This document shows, in pieces, positions 1-9,659 of a stretch of DNA of 32,000 bases (positions are counted from its first letter, which is position 1; each line of letters opens with the position of its first letter). The position numbers and the translations under genes are program-made. The notes beneath the pieces are model-generated. The model had not been told where the DNA came from, did no database searches, and worked only from the letters and a program-made list of their open reading frames with translations. The stretch lies in assembly GCA_024275415.1 (NCBI GenBank), contig JAJRZD010000043.1, forward strand, positions 60,001-92,000, given 5' to 3'. This stretch comes from an archaeon. Its GTDB lineage: Archaea > Asgardarchaeota > Thorarchaeia > Thorarchaeales > Thorarchaeaceae.

Positions 1-350
1 ATCTCTGCACCATACCCTCGTGTGGCATTGACTTTGACCTTGGGCGAATTCTCAGGCATGACGATGGTCGCTTTTACGCCCAGCATACTTGCTGCAAGAG
101 ACAATGCCTGGGCATGATTGCCTGATGAGTGCGTGACGACACCTCGTGAACGTTCCTCATCGTTCAGTAACAGAATTGTGTTTAGCGCTCCCCGAAATTT
201 GAACGCACCCCCTCGCTGCATGTTCTCACATTTGAAAAAGACCTTGCAGCCTGTCAATCTATCAATCGTTCGAGAAGTCATCACAGGAGTGCGGTTTGCG
301 TGTTCCTTGATGCGTTCCTGTGCAGCAAGAATATCGTTTAGGTCTACCAT
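1..350 (-). CDS. PLP-dependent threonine/serine dehydratase (serine racemase-like) family, N-terminal part, truncated by window edge
   Basis: Not in the ORF track. Manual translation from ATG at 350 gives MVDLNDILAAQERIKEHANRTPVMTSRTIDRLTGCKVFFKCENMQRGGAFKFRGA...HSSGNHAQALSFAASMLGVKATIVMP. It has the PLP-lysine motif (GAFKFRGA) and SSGNH. Confidence 0.92.
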   Translation of the reverse strand, partial: MVDLNDILAAQERIKEHANRTPVMTSRTIDRLTGCKVFFKCENMQRGGAFKFRGALNTILLLNDEERSRGVVTHSSGNHAQALSLAASMLGVKATIVMPENSPKVKVNATRGYGAE

Positions 351-376
351 TGTGCCATGCCGCCATTTCTCACTCG

Positions 377-1180
377 TCACGAGTTGGACTCTATAAACGC
401 GATAGCAGATTCCAAGTCTTCGCGTGTGTCCAGCTCCAAGATGACCGGTCCATCGAACTGGATACGATCCAGCATATTAAGGACACTCTTGAAATCGATA
501 GTGCCATTTCCCAGAGTCATATGCTCATCAGATGTCCCGTTGTTGTCGTGCAGATGCACTTCAATGAGATATGATTGCATCTGTTCAAAATATTCTCCAA
601 GAGCAATACCTGCCGTGTTTGCGTGGCCGACATCTATCACAGCACCGACATCGAAATCAGCAAATTCGTGTACGACCTCGTGGTGTTCATCCGGGAACAG
701 GATTACTTCCCTGTCAAGCCCTATCTGCTTGTTTTCCAACCCGATGCGAACCCCACGGTCGTGGGCATACATGGCAAGCTCAAGTAGGCTCGCCCTGAAG
801 CGCTGGATGGCATTATCATGTTTGCTAATCTGATTGATGGAACAAGAACCACCATGCACCACAAGGATTGATGCACCAATCTCCACAGTAAAGTCCACGC
901 ATTCTTTCAAGATGTCAAGAGAAGCGCGACGTATCCGTTCCTTGAAGCTTGAGAGATTGATGTCATCATAGGGCGCGTGTGTGGTAGGGATCACACTCGC
1001 AGAGCCGAGAGAGTCCAATATCGTAGTCTTTGTCGTGTGGTCGATATCAGGTGGTGTAATTGGGGGCTCTAGTTGAATCTCGATGTGTTCAAGACCTAGT
1101 TCCTGACACATTCCAAGAAATTCGGGGAATGGAATAGGACATCCGTTGAAATAGGATGCACCTAGTCTGATAGGGGTCAT
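377..1180 (-). CDS. Sugar phosphate isomerase/epimerase (AP endonuclease 2 / xylose isomerase-like TIM barrel)
   Basis: 267 aa with metal-ligand motifs HAPY, GLEN, DVGHA, HLHDN, DEH and ILE. Confidence 0.88.
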   Translation of the reverse strand: MTPIRLGASYFNGCPIPFPEFLGMCQELGLEHIEIQLEPPITPPDIDHTTKTTILDSLGSASVIPTTHAPYDDINLSSFKERIRRASLDILKECVDFTVEIGASILVVHGGSCSINQISKHDNAIQRFRASLLELAMYAHDRGVRIGLENKQIGLDREVILFPDEHHEVVHEFADFDVGAVIDVGHANTAGIALGEYFEQMQSYLIEVHLHDNNGTSDEHMTLGNGTIDFKSVLNMLDRIQFDGPVILELDTREDLESAIAFIESNS

Positions 1181-1298
1181 AGGGGTTCAGTCCTTGCAAT
1201 CTCCCCGGAGAAGCAAAAGGTTATGAAAGTATCAGTAGGACAGTCATTGAGATTGCACGACCTTTTTCATAGATCTGGATGCGATTATCGGGAGGAAT

Positions 1299-3668
1299 GT
1301 GCTGATGCTACGAAGGATGTCATCAATTACCATTCTTGCATTACTCGTAGCACTCCACCCCTATTCCTATAGTGGATTCGGGGTTACCGAGCTCGCACAG
1401 AACAGATTCCTACCAAGCCAGATAACACACGACCCTCTCTATATCACACACGACAGCGATTTCCAACGCTATGGCTTTCCGGGAAGCGGCACCGAGGACG
1501 ACCCGTATATAATAGAGAATTTACTAATAGGTTCGGATGCTCCAAGCCTCGTGATATCATATGTTTCTGCTTATTTTGTCGTTCGAAAATCTATCTTCGA
1601 GTCCTCCTATTCTCAGGACACTGAACCAAAACCAGTGGTAGACGTCCGATTCTCAGAAAATGGCGTATTCAATAACTGTCTCATTGTTGGAGGTGACATA
1701 GGGATAAGTATTCTTGACAGTTTCAATATGAAATTTGAAAGACTCACTATCTCTGAGCCCTCCGTGCTTTCTATCAACGAAAACGCATCTGGGAACATCA
1801 CTGTAAGAGATACGACGTTTATCGGAGGTGGTGGAATCATAATTGAATCTCCATTGCGCGGTTCGAGCAACGACATCTCCAACTGCACGATTGACGGAAA
1901 ACAGATCGGGTACTTTAGTGGTGATGAAGACCTAGTATTGGATGCGTCAGACTATGGACAAGTGATATTGAATCAGTGTGAGAACATCACAATTGCGAAC
2001 ATGACCTCATATCAGGTAGCTGCCCCAATCCAAATCACTGGCTCGATTGATTGCTCTGTAGTAAATGCTAACGTGACTTCCATATTTCATTCGTCGATAT
2101 ATTTCCAAAGCTCCACAGGCATAACAATCCAAGACAGCATCCTGACGAATTATGGGATCAAAATCGAAGGGGAGTTCCTTTATCACTGGGATCATAGAAT
2201 CAGTGATACGACAGTGAACGGGCAGGCGGTTCAATTCCATCATTCTGAAGCAAACGTCGAGATATCAAACGTGAAGATTGGACAGCTTATTTTAGTGAAC
2301 TGTAATAATTTCACAATTGAGAATGTATTGATAAATAGGGCAAACGATCAACTTACGATTGCGTTTTCTTCTAATGTCCGTATCCAGAAAGTGACCTTAT
2401 CGAACTCGTTATCTGTGGGAATTACAATGCTCAAGAGCGAGAGCATCACGGTCACTGAGAGTAGCATCACGAAGACTTCATCAAATGCGGTGTATATCAG
2501 TGACTGCTCTAACGTTAGCTTGCGCGCAAACAAGATTGAAAGCGGTGAGAACGGGCTATTCATCTTCGATACTCATGGTTATACAATCGTTGAGAACTCG
2601 GTCTTTGCAAATCTCATCGGCATTCTGAATTCCGAGGCGGGCAAGTGTACAATTGAAAGGAATAATATCACTGCGGATGCAGCAATTCACATATCCAATG
2701 GATTTGAGGCAACCATTATCGAGAACCGAATTGAAACCTCAACAGAATTAATGCTAATCCGCTCCAGCTACAATATCAATATCACTGGAAATGAGTTCGC
2801 ACCATACTTCCATGGAATACTGATCGAAGATAGCCTTGCTATTTTGGTCACACGTAGTACGTTCGAGGGTGTTTCTTATGCGATTCAGACAGCAAGTTCC
2901 CAGAATGTAGAGATAGATGAATGCGAGTTCAATGGCAGTGAGGGGATAGTGTTCGATCATTCACAAATACTGTCCATCAGGAATTCGTCTTTTAGGACTA
3001 TGTATCCAGCACTATCATATGAAGCATGCACCTTTGTGAATATCACAGGGAGCACCATATCCTCAAGAGGAATCATCCTATCGGATGTGTCTTGGGGGAC
3101 AATCCAGTTCACAAACATCATTGACTGTTCAGGTGTTGGTATTTTGATGACGAATGTGAACACGTACGATGTCGTATCCTCAGTAGTCCAGAACAATACT
3201 GGGGATGGTATCAATGTCCTAGGATCGTCAGGTATCAATATAGCCAGCAGTAAGGTCATCCAGAATGGCGATGATGGGATATCGTTGCGAGATGTGACCG
3301 GTTCAATAATCAGTGGCAATAACATCTCATTCAATGCACACTATGGTATTAGAGTGTCAGGTAGATCCGCTCAGAATTCCATCTACAACAACCATATTGG
3401 ATTCAACGGGAAAAGTAACGCCTTGGACGAGTCTGGTAATAACACATGGGACGACGGTATGTCCATGGGCAACTACTGGAGTGACTGGAATAGGGCATAT
3501 ATCTATGTGATTCCAGGAACGGGAGGAGGAGTAGACCGTTATCCACAGAGATACGAGATTGCTCAGGCTTCGACAAAGCTGCAACCTACCATACTTGCGT
3601 CAGCTATTGTGGTCTGCGTCCTTGCTCTAATGATATGGGTCAGAAGAAAGAAACAAGGGGTCAAATGA
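1299..3668 (+). CDS. Secreted, membrane-anchored right-handed beta-helix protein (NosD/CASH repeats)
   Basis: 789 aa. N-terminal hydrophobic signal, GTEDDPYIIENL motif, many parallel beta-helix (PbH1-like) repeats, GNYWSDW...DRYP end motif, and a C-terminal TM helix with basic tail RRKK. Confidence 0.88.
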   Translation: MLMLRRMSSITILALLVALHPYSYSGFGVTELAQNRFLPSQITHDPLYITHDSDFQRYGFPGSGTEDDPYIIENLLIGSDAPSLVISYVSAYFVVRKSIFESSYSQDTEPKPVVDVRFSENGVFNNCLIVGGDIGISILDSFNMKFERLTISEPSVLSINENASGNITVRDTTFIGGGGIIIESPLRGSSNDISNCTIDGKQIGYFSGDEDLVLDASDYGQVILNQCENITIANMTSYQVAAPIQITGSIDCSVVNANVTSIFHSSIYFQSSTGITIQDSILTNYGIKIEGEFLYHWDHRISDTTVNGQAVQFHHSEANVEISNVKIGQLILVNCNNFTIENVLINRANDQLTIAFSSNVRIQKVTLSNSLSVGITMLKSESITVTESSITKTSSNAVYISDCSNVSLRANKIESGENGLFIFDTHGYTIVENSVFANLIGILNSEAGKCTIERNNITADAAIHISNGFEATIIENRIETSTELMLIRSSYNINITGNEFAPYFHGILIEDSLAILVTRSTFEGVSYAIQTASSQNVEIDECEFNGSEGIVFDHSQILSIRNSSFRTMYPALSYEACTFVNITGSTISSRGIILSDVSWGTIQFTNIIDCSGVGILMTNVNTYDVVSSVVQNNTGDGINVLGSSGINIASSKVIQNGDDGISLRDVTGSIISGNNISFNAHYGIRVSGRSAQNSIYNNHIGFNGKSNALDESGNNTWDDGMSMGNYWSDWNRAYIYVIPGTGGGVDRYPQRYEIAQASTKLQPTILASAIVVCVLALMIWVRRKKQGVK

Positions 3669-4162
3669 TAATGAGAGGGATGCGAAGGAACGAAAAGGCC
3701 ATCCAGAGCAATGAAGAGATGACAGCGATTCTAAGAAAGGTTAACTTTGTCACCATCGCTATGTGTGATGGAAATGAGCCATACTTGGTCACCTTGAGCC
3801 ATGGTTATGACGAGAGCAAGAACTGCATCTATTTCCACTGCGCACAGGAAGGCAAGAAGATAGACATTTTGAAGGAAAATAATATCGTATGGGGACAGGC
3901 GCTACAAGACCATGGCTATGACACTGGCGAATGTGACCACCATTATGCCACAGTGCATTTCAAAGGGCGTGTGACCTTTATTGATGACATAAAAGAGAAA
4001 AGGCAGGCACTCATTGTCATGATTCGGCAGTTGGAGGCAGAGCCTCAAACAGTCGTTGACAGGCAGATCTCTGAGCAGTCACTGAAACGTGTGAACATCG
4101 GCAGAATAGACATCGAGTACATGACGGGCAAGAAGTCAAAGGAAGTTGTCATCTCCCTATGA
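3665..4162 (+). CDS. Pyridoxamine 5'-phosphate oxidase-like flavin-binding protein (NimA/PNPOx-2 family)
   Basis: MRRNEK...EPYLVTLSHGY...IYFHCAQEGKKIDILKEN...MTGK. The ATG at 3665 overlaps the upstream TGA (ATGA); the start could also be 3671 or 3680. Confidence 0.88.
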   Translation: MIMRGMRRNEKAIQSNEEMTAILRKVNFVTIAMCDGNEPYLVTLSHGYDESKNCIYFHCAQEGKKIDILKENNIVWGQALQDHGYDTGECDHHYATVHFKGRVTFIDDIKEKRQALIVMIRQLEAEPQTVVDRQISEQSLKRVNIGRIDIEYMTGKKSKEVVISL

Positions 4163-4564
4163 CCCAAGAGAAGAGGAAAGTTCCTTCAAAACCTTGATGG
4201 CCTTCTTGGCATCCTTCTCTCTGACGAAAAGGTGGTCATGATGATATGCAGACACGACATTGACACTAATCTCATGCTTTGCTAATGTGGTTGAGATAGC
4301 AGCGATAAAGCCTATTGCCGTAAGGCTTGATTGAACAGAAAGTTCAATCCATGTCCAGACTTCTCCATAGGACAGTCCCAGCCTCCGCGCTATGACTCTT
4401 GGAATCACGACTGTGAACCCCTCGACCTCTTTGAAGAGAAGCAGAGGGTCAATTGGCGTTTCTGGAAGATTCTCCCATCCCAACGTGCAGAACACAAGGT
4501 CAGTCTGCCGAATCACGGGATCCATGGATCTCAGTAGTTCTGAAACGTCTTCGACTCCAGTCAT
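4157..4564 (-). CDS. ACT domain-containing protein (DUF2241/ACT_7 type)
   Basis: MTGVEDVSELLRSMDP...FKEVEGFTVV...SSLTAIGFIAAISTTLAKHEISVNVVSAYHHDHLFV. The ATG at 4564 overlaps the nitroreductase stop (ATGA). Confidence 0.9.
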   Translation of the reverse strand: MTGVEDVSELLRSMDPVIRQTDLVFCTLGWENLPETPIDPLLLFKEVEGFTVVIPRVIARRLGLSYGEVWTWIELSVQSSLTAIGFIAAISTTLAKHEISVNVVSAYHHDHLFVREKDAKKAIKVLKELSSSLGS

Positions 4565-5073
4565 TTTTTGCCACCATAGAACTCGTAAGAAACCAGATTC
4601 TCCAACGGCTCTCTCGTGCGTGTTGCCTTGAGGTCTGTATAGCCAACTGATATTGCACACACGACCCTGAATTTGTCTGGAATCTGTAGGAGGTCTCTGA
4701 ATTTGTGTTCGATTGGAGTGTCCCGAACGCCCATCCAGCATGTTCCCAGACCAAGCTCGTAAGCAGCAAGCAACATGTTCTGCACAGCGTTGTGTGGGTC
4801 AGCCAGATAATACTTGGGATGCTTGTCAGGGTCTCCAAGGACGACAATCACCACCGGGGACTGCGACATGAACCGTCCGTATGGGTGGTTATCTGCAAGT
4901 TCCTTTCGCATTGTTCCATCTGTGACCACAATGAAATGCCAGGGCTGTTTGTTGGACGCAGAAGGAGCCCACCGCCCAGCCTCAAGGATCTGCTGTATCT
5001 TCTCATCCTCGACTTGTTTGCTGGTATATTTCCTAATACTTCTTCGACCAAGAATCGCTTGCATGGTGTCCAT
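4561..5073 (-). CDS. Nitroreductase family protein
   Basis: RRSIRKY, WAPSASNKQPW and QNMLLAAYELGLGTCW motifs. Confidence 0.95.
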   Translation of the reverse strand: MDTMQAILGRRSIRKYTSKQVEDEKIQQILEAGRWAPSASNKQPWHFIVVTDGTMRKELADNHPYGRFMSQSPVVIVVLGDPDKHPKYYLADPHNAVQNMLLAAYELGLGTCWMGVRDTPIEHKFRDLLQIPDKFRVVCAISVGYTDLKATRTREPLENLVSYEFYGGKK

Positions 5074-5383
5074 CGCAATCGCCTCTGGGTTGGATTTGGA
5101 GCTAATGAAGGCATCGATGGCACCATTTCAGAGCTGGAATATGACAGATACAGGACAGAGGTGGATACAGTTACCACTACTTTTGGCGAGAACGACTCAT
5201 TGTGGACATAGGTACACGAACCATCCAATAATAGACAGCACATAGTAACATGCTGAAGAGATGGTAGATGCTCTCACAGGCAGAACTAATAAGTCCGTGG
5301 CGGCAATGGTTCCGAGTACTTAAGTTGGACATCTTTACATCAAGTAGTGAAATGCTCAATCGTGAGGGACAATGTGATTTATA

Positions 5384-6250
5384 ATGCCAAAGATAAAAAT
5401 AAACCTCTCGAAGACAGAGTACATGGTTGGGGACACCGTAACGGGGACAGTCGAGGTTTCTGCTGAGGACGACTTTGACTTTACTGAGATGTACATCGAG
5501 TACATCTGCGAAGAGCATACACGATTCTCAACGGGATCTGGTGATTCTAGACATACTCATAGTGAATCTTTCCTCCATCACTCAAAACGGGTAATACTCA
5601 TGGAGCCAGGAACCTTTACAGGGAGTACCAAGTCATTCGCTTTCAGCTTTGAGATTCTTGAAGGACTCCCAATCAGCTTTGACAGTTCTGAGGGGTGGAT
5701 TGAACACGAATTGAAAGCAAAGATTGGACGAAAATGGAGGCTCGACCCAAGGGACTCGATTCAACTGGCGGTCACTGGAAAACCGCAGACGGTCGTGCCG
5801 AAACAGGAAAGCAAGTCACTCATCGAGGATGAAACAGTCCTTTTAGAGGTCGAGATTGAGAACACTGAGATCTGTTTGGGAGAGGACATCAAAATAAGCT
5901 ACAGAGTGGACGACCTGATCAAAATGAGGGGAGTTCGCTTTGACCTTGAGAGTATTGTAGTTGTGACCGCTAGGGGCACTAGATCAACAACAAGAAAGAA
6001 CTACGGTTCTTATTTTGTGCCCAAAGAGGTCATCATTCCAAGAAGCTTGAACAGGATAACCCTATAGACAACAAAAGAGATGTACTTACCGTATCAAGGG
6101 CCACTGATTAGAGTTTCACTCATACTTAAGGCAGTGATTGACATCCCCTTGAGATTTGATAAGAAGTTGAAGTTCGATATCAATACATATAGAGGATGTA
6201 TGAAGTCTGACTCGAGTGACGACTTTGAGTCCTTGTGGGATTGGCAATAG
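5384..6250 (+). pseudogene. Two-domain arrestin-fold protein (Arrestin_N + Arrestin_C / Spo0M-like) interrupted by an in-frame TAG at 6065-6067
   Basis: The N domain has GDTVTGTV and LPISFDSSEGWIEHELKAKIGRKW. The frame stays open after the TAG (TTKEMYLPYQGPLIRVSLILKAVIDIPLRFD...) to a TAG at 6248-6250, which completes an Arrestin_C-like strand pattern. Confidence 0.7.
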
Positions 6251-6319
6251 TTTACACAGCGCATAACAAAATACTCAAAACACGCCGGTCTTGGTCAGTG
6301 ATGAGGCGGACACTAGGCA

Positions 6320-7759
6320 ATGCACATCAAGACCTCAAGGACACATCTCACAAGCATAGGTGTTGACATTGGTTCTTCTACCTCGCATGTCGTGTTCTCA
6401 CGCATCACATTGGAGAGGGATATGAGCAGTAGAACCGAGAAATTCAGGATAACAAAACGAGAGATAATCCACTCGGGGCCCGTGCATCTCACCCCTTTCA
6501 AGGATAAAGTAACAATCGATTATGATGCGCTCCGTAATCTTCTGCTTTCTGATTATGCAGCCGCGGGACTTGAGATTGATAGTGTTGACACAGGTGCAGT
6601 CATCATAACAGGGGAGACCGCTAAGAAGAAGAATGCCGAAGAGATTGTGAATGCTCTCGCAAGCGAAACTGGCAAGTTCGTTGCTGCAACAGCGGGACCG
6701 AATTTCGAGTCTGTCCTTGCAGCTTATGGCTCAGGCGCAGTCGCAAGATCTGAGGAGTCAGGCAAGACGATCATGAACGTTGATGTAGGTGGGGGCTCAT
6801 CTAACATCGCAATCTGCAAGGATGGCAGAGTGATAACTACTACTGCTATCAACGTGGGTGGAAGGCTCCTTGCAACTGACGGGAATGACATTGTGGTAAG
6901 GCTGGAAGACACCGCACAGAATGTCGCACATGCCATCGGACTTTCGATTAATCTTGGCGACCAAATAAAAGAGCGCATTAAGAAACGGATGAGTCATGCC
7001 CTTGCAGAAGCACTCATCGAAGTGCTGATAGGACCACCCACGTCCACCATTGCTGAGATGCTACTGATGACTGAACCAATGCACTTCATCAGCAAAATTG
7101 ATGAGATTACGTTCTCAGGGGGCGTGGCTGAGTACATCTACGGCAAAGAAGAACGGGATTTCATGGATCTTGGAAAATACCTTGCTGAGGACATCTGGCA
7201 GCTGGCAAAGGAGAAAGGTCTGCCCATAGCAGAACCAACGCACAAAATCCGTGCCACCGTGATTGGGGCTGGACAGTTCAATTTGCAGGTGAGCGGATCC
7301 ACCACATTCCTCTCGGCTGGGCTAGCATACCCGTTCAGGAATCTGCCAGTCGTCACACCCACAATTGAAAGGGGGAGAGCAAAGGCTGACGCTGTAAACA
7401 ATGCTATACGGAACGCCCTCAAGCTCTTTGACCTGATAGAGGGCGAAGACGAAATGATTCTCGCGTTCAATGACGCAGTACGACCTTCATATGAGAACCT
7501 GACTGAATTCGCAAAGGGTGTTGTTGCTGCACTGCCAAAGACAATCTCATCAGGCAAGCCGCTGTTCATGTGCTTTGATTCCGACATCGGGAACAGTGTA
7601 GGCAACGTGATGCGTAGGGAAACTGGAGTAACGAACGATATTCTCTCAATTGATGAGATCGAATTAAGTGCTGGTGACTTTGTGGATATCGGCGAGCCAA
7701 TCATCGAGGGCGTAGTGGTGCCTGTTGTTGTGAAGAAACTGGTCTTCGATTCCGAATAA
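6320..7759 (+). CDS. eutA: Ethanolamine ammonia-lyase reactivating factor EutA-like (ASKHA ATPase)
   Basis: Full-length EutA motifs: GVDIGSSTSH, GAVIITGETAKKKNA, ATAGPNFES, NVDVGGGSSN, VGGRL, FSGGV, RATVIGAG, SGSTT, IDEI...GDFVDIG...VVPVVVKKLVF. Confidence 0.88.
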   Translation: MHIKTSRTHLTSIGVDIGSSTSHVVFSRITLERDMSSRTEKFRITKREIIHSGPVHLTPFKDKVTIDYDALRNLLLSDYAAAGLEIDSVDTGAVIITGETAKKKNAEEIVNALASETGKFVAATAGPNFESVLAAYGSGAVARSEESGKTIMNVDVGGGSSNIAICKDGRVITTTAINVGGRLLATDGNDIVVRLEDTAQNVAHAIGLSINLGDQIKERIKKRMSHALAEALIEVLIGPPTSTIAEMLLMTEPMHFISKIDEITFSGGVAEYIYGKEERDFMDLGKYLAEDIWQLAKEKGLPIAEPTHKIRATVIGAGQFNLQVSGSTTFLSAGLAYPFRNLPVVTPTIERGRAKADAVNNAIRNALKLFDLIEGEDEMILAFNDAVRPSYENLTEFAKGVVAALPKTISSGKPLFMCFDSDIGNSVGNVMRRETGVTNDILSIDEIELSAGDFVDIGEPIIEGVVVPVVVKKLVFDSE

Positions 7760-7834
7760 CTCTCATAACCTCATAGAAACATTGGAAGTGCGAACCAAAA
7801 GCACTTCAAGCTTGAAACCGGAAGAGATGATGCT

Positions 7835-8734
7835 ATGAACAGCGACAGTCCAGAATATCATATCAGACCGCTGGAGGGATCTGATGAGGAGGACATCTTA
7901 GAGATCGCAAAACACACATGGGATGGACATGACTATCTGCCATTCTATTTTCGCAGGTGGCTTGAGAACAAGGATTGCCATACTGCTGCGATTATCATCA
8001 GCAACAAGGTCGCTGCGTTGGCGAATCTTCGTGTCATCGAGAAGGGAAAGACAGGGTGGATGGAGGGACTCCGCGTCCACCTACGCCACCGAGGAAAAGG
8101 GCTTGCGTCCGTGCTGACCCGATATCTGGTGAGGAAAGCAGTCGAGATAGGAGTCCAACGTTTGCGTTATACAACGGCATCTGACAACACAGCCTCGCTT
8201 CATCTAGCGAAATCAATAGGACTGTCACCAATCCATGAGATGGGCATATTTTGGTACAGCGAGTCCGCAAACGTATCATGGGGTCAAGAGCTCAAATCTG
8301 TGATTCCAGCAGACCCTTCAGACATTCTCACATTAGTAGCATCCCCTAGGCTTTTCCAGAAAGGCATAATCATGCATGACTGGAAGGCATATGATGCCTC
8401 GGTAGAGGCAGTCAAATACCTGAAGGATGCGAAGTTCTGGGTTGCAGGAAACGAGAACGGGGTGATGTCCATCTCAATAGGGAACGAACGGGGTGAAGGG
8501 GAGAAGAACATCTGGTGTGTAAGCATCCATGCATTATCCAAGGATCATTTGCTCTCACATCTCTCATATCATTTTGCAACCGCAAGGGATAAGTTCGATG
8601 GACTATTTGTAATGTACCCGTTGAAGTACACCGAAGACCTCAAGCAGATTCCATGGATTATGAAACACCACCGGGAGAGGGAAGAGTTGATGAGGATGAT
8701 TCTTCTTGAAAAAGTGCTGGGAGAAACCTCGTAG
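7835..8734 (+). CDS. GNAT family N-acetyltransferase
   Basis: WDGHDYLP, WMEGLRV, acetyl-CoA motif RHRGKGLA, and NTASLHLAKSIG. Confidence 0.9.
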   Translation: MNSDSPEYHIRPLEGSDEEDILEIAKHTWDGHDYLPFYFRRWLENKDCHTAAIIISNKVAALANLRVIEKGKTGWMEGLRVHLRHRGKGLASVLTRYLVRKAVEIGVQRLRYTTASDNTASLHLAKSIGLSPIHEMGIFWYSESANVSWGQELKSVIPADPSDILTLVASPRLFQKGIIMHDWKAYDASVEAVKYLKDAKFWVAGNENGVMSISIGNERGEGEKNIWCVSIHALSKDHLLSHLSYHFATARDKFDGLFVMYPLKYTEDLKQIPWIMKHHREREELMRMILLEKVLGETS

Positions 8735-8751
8735 CCGGATGGAGATGATAT

Positions 8752-9648
8752 ATGTTGCAAACGACCCCACCTCTTTTCAGTAATGATCCCATAGGGTATA
8801 TCTGGTTCTATCTCGGTCAGTTTGAGAGTGTCATACCGCTAGTGGCCTGGCTACTCGTTCTTGTTATCCTTTACTTTATCGTGATCAGGGTGTTAAAACG
8901 CACTCTACAGGCAATCGGGATGGGCCCTGGGGCATCAACAGGGATTGGCCTTGGAATCAGGTTGATATTCTTTATCATCGCAATCACGGTGGCGGTGGAA
9001 TTGCTGCAACCAGATATTGCTGCATTCCTCTCACTCACAGCCATATTCGGTACGGCAATTGGTCTTGCCTTCTCGCAGGCACTTGGAAACATTGTCAGTG
9101 GCTTCTATGTGCTTCTCGCAAGACCATTTCAGATTGGGGATTACGTACGAATTGGTAGTATCGAAGGGATAGTCAGCGAGATAACACTCAACTACACACT
9201 AATCCTACTTCCAGATGAAACAAAACAATTCGTTCCCAACAGCCGGATAGTGACAAGTGAGGTAACGAACTTCCGTATCAATATCAATGACTACATAGAA
9301 GCAACACAGGAGGGAACCGAAGAAGCCGAGAAGGACAGGACATATCGTAGCTATCTTAGAACTGCGATAAGGCAACTAAAGAAACTTGCCGAGGACGATG
9401 ATGCGTACCGGTATACATTTGACCTGACCTACCACATGAGCTATGACCATGGCGAGCTCAGAGAACGCTTTGATAAGGTATGTGATGATTGGAGTTCTAT
9501 ATTTCTGATCAGACCAACTTACCAAGTGTGGGCTGCTCCCAATGCTGGGCTGACGTATCGGTTTGCTATAATCGTACGAAATCCAATGACAATTATCAAG
9601 CGGGTTTCAGATTTCATGAATGACCTGACTGTTGTGTATGACAAGTAG
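8752..9648 (+). CDS. Small-conductance mechanosensitive channel (MscS family)
   Basis: Three TM segments, AIGLAFSQALGNIVSG, RPFQIGDYVRIG, EGIVSEITLNYT and VPNS. Confidence 0.9.
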   Translation: MLQTTPPLFSNDPIGYIWFYLGQFESVIPLVAWLLVLVILYFIVIRVLKRTLQAIGMGPGASTGIGLGIRLIFFIIAITVAVELLQPDIAAFLSLTAIFGTAIGLAFSQALGNIVSGFYVLLARPFQIGDYVRIGSIEGIVSEITLNYTLILLPDETKQFVPNSRIVTSEVTNFRININDYIEATQEGTEEAEKDRTYRSYLRTAIRQLKKLAEDDDAYRYTFDLTYHMSYDHGELRERFDKVCDDWSSIFLIRPTYQVWAAPNAGLTYRFAIIVRNPMTIIKRVSDFMNDLTVVYDK

Positions 9649-9659
9649 TAGACGGAGGA

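Noticed and set aside
5074-5211. Protein-like open frame (LWVGFGANEGIDGTISELEYDRY...) upstream of the nitroreductase
   Set aside because: It has no independent start and no recognisable family. It might be a gene remnant but cannot be supported.
6298-6360. C/D-box sRNA (GTGATGA C box)
   Set aside because: No CTGA D or D' box lies at a suitable distance, and the region runs into eutA.
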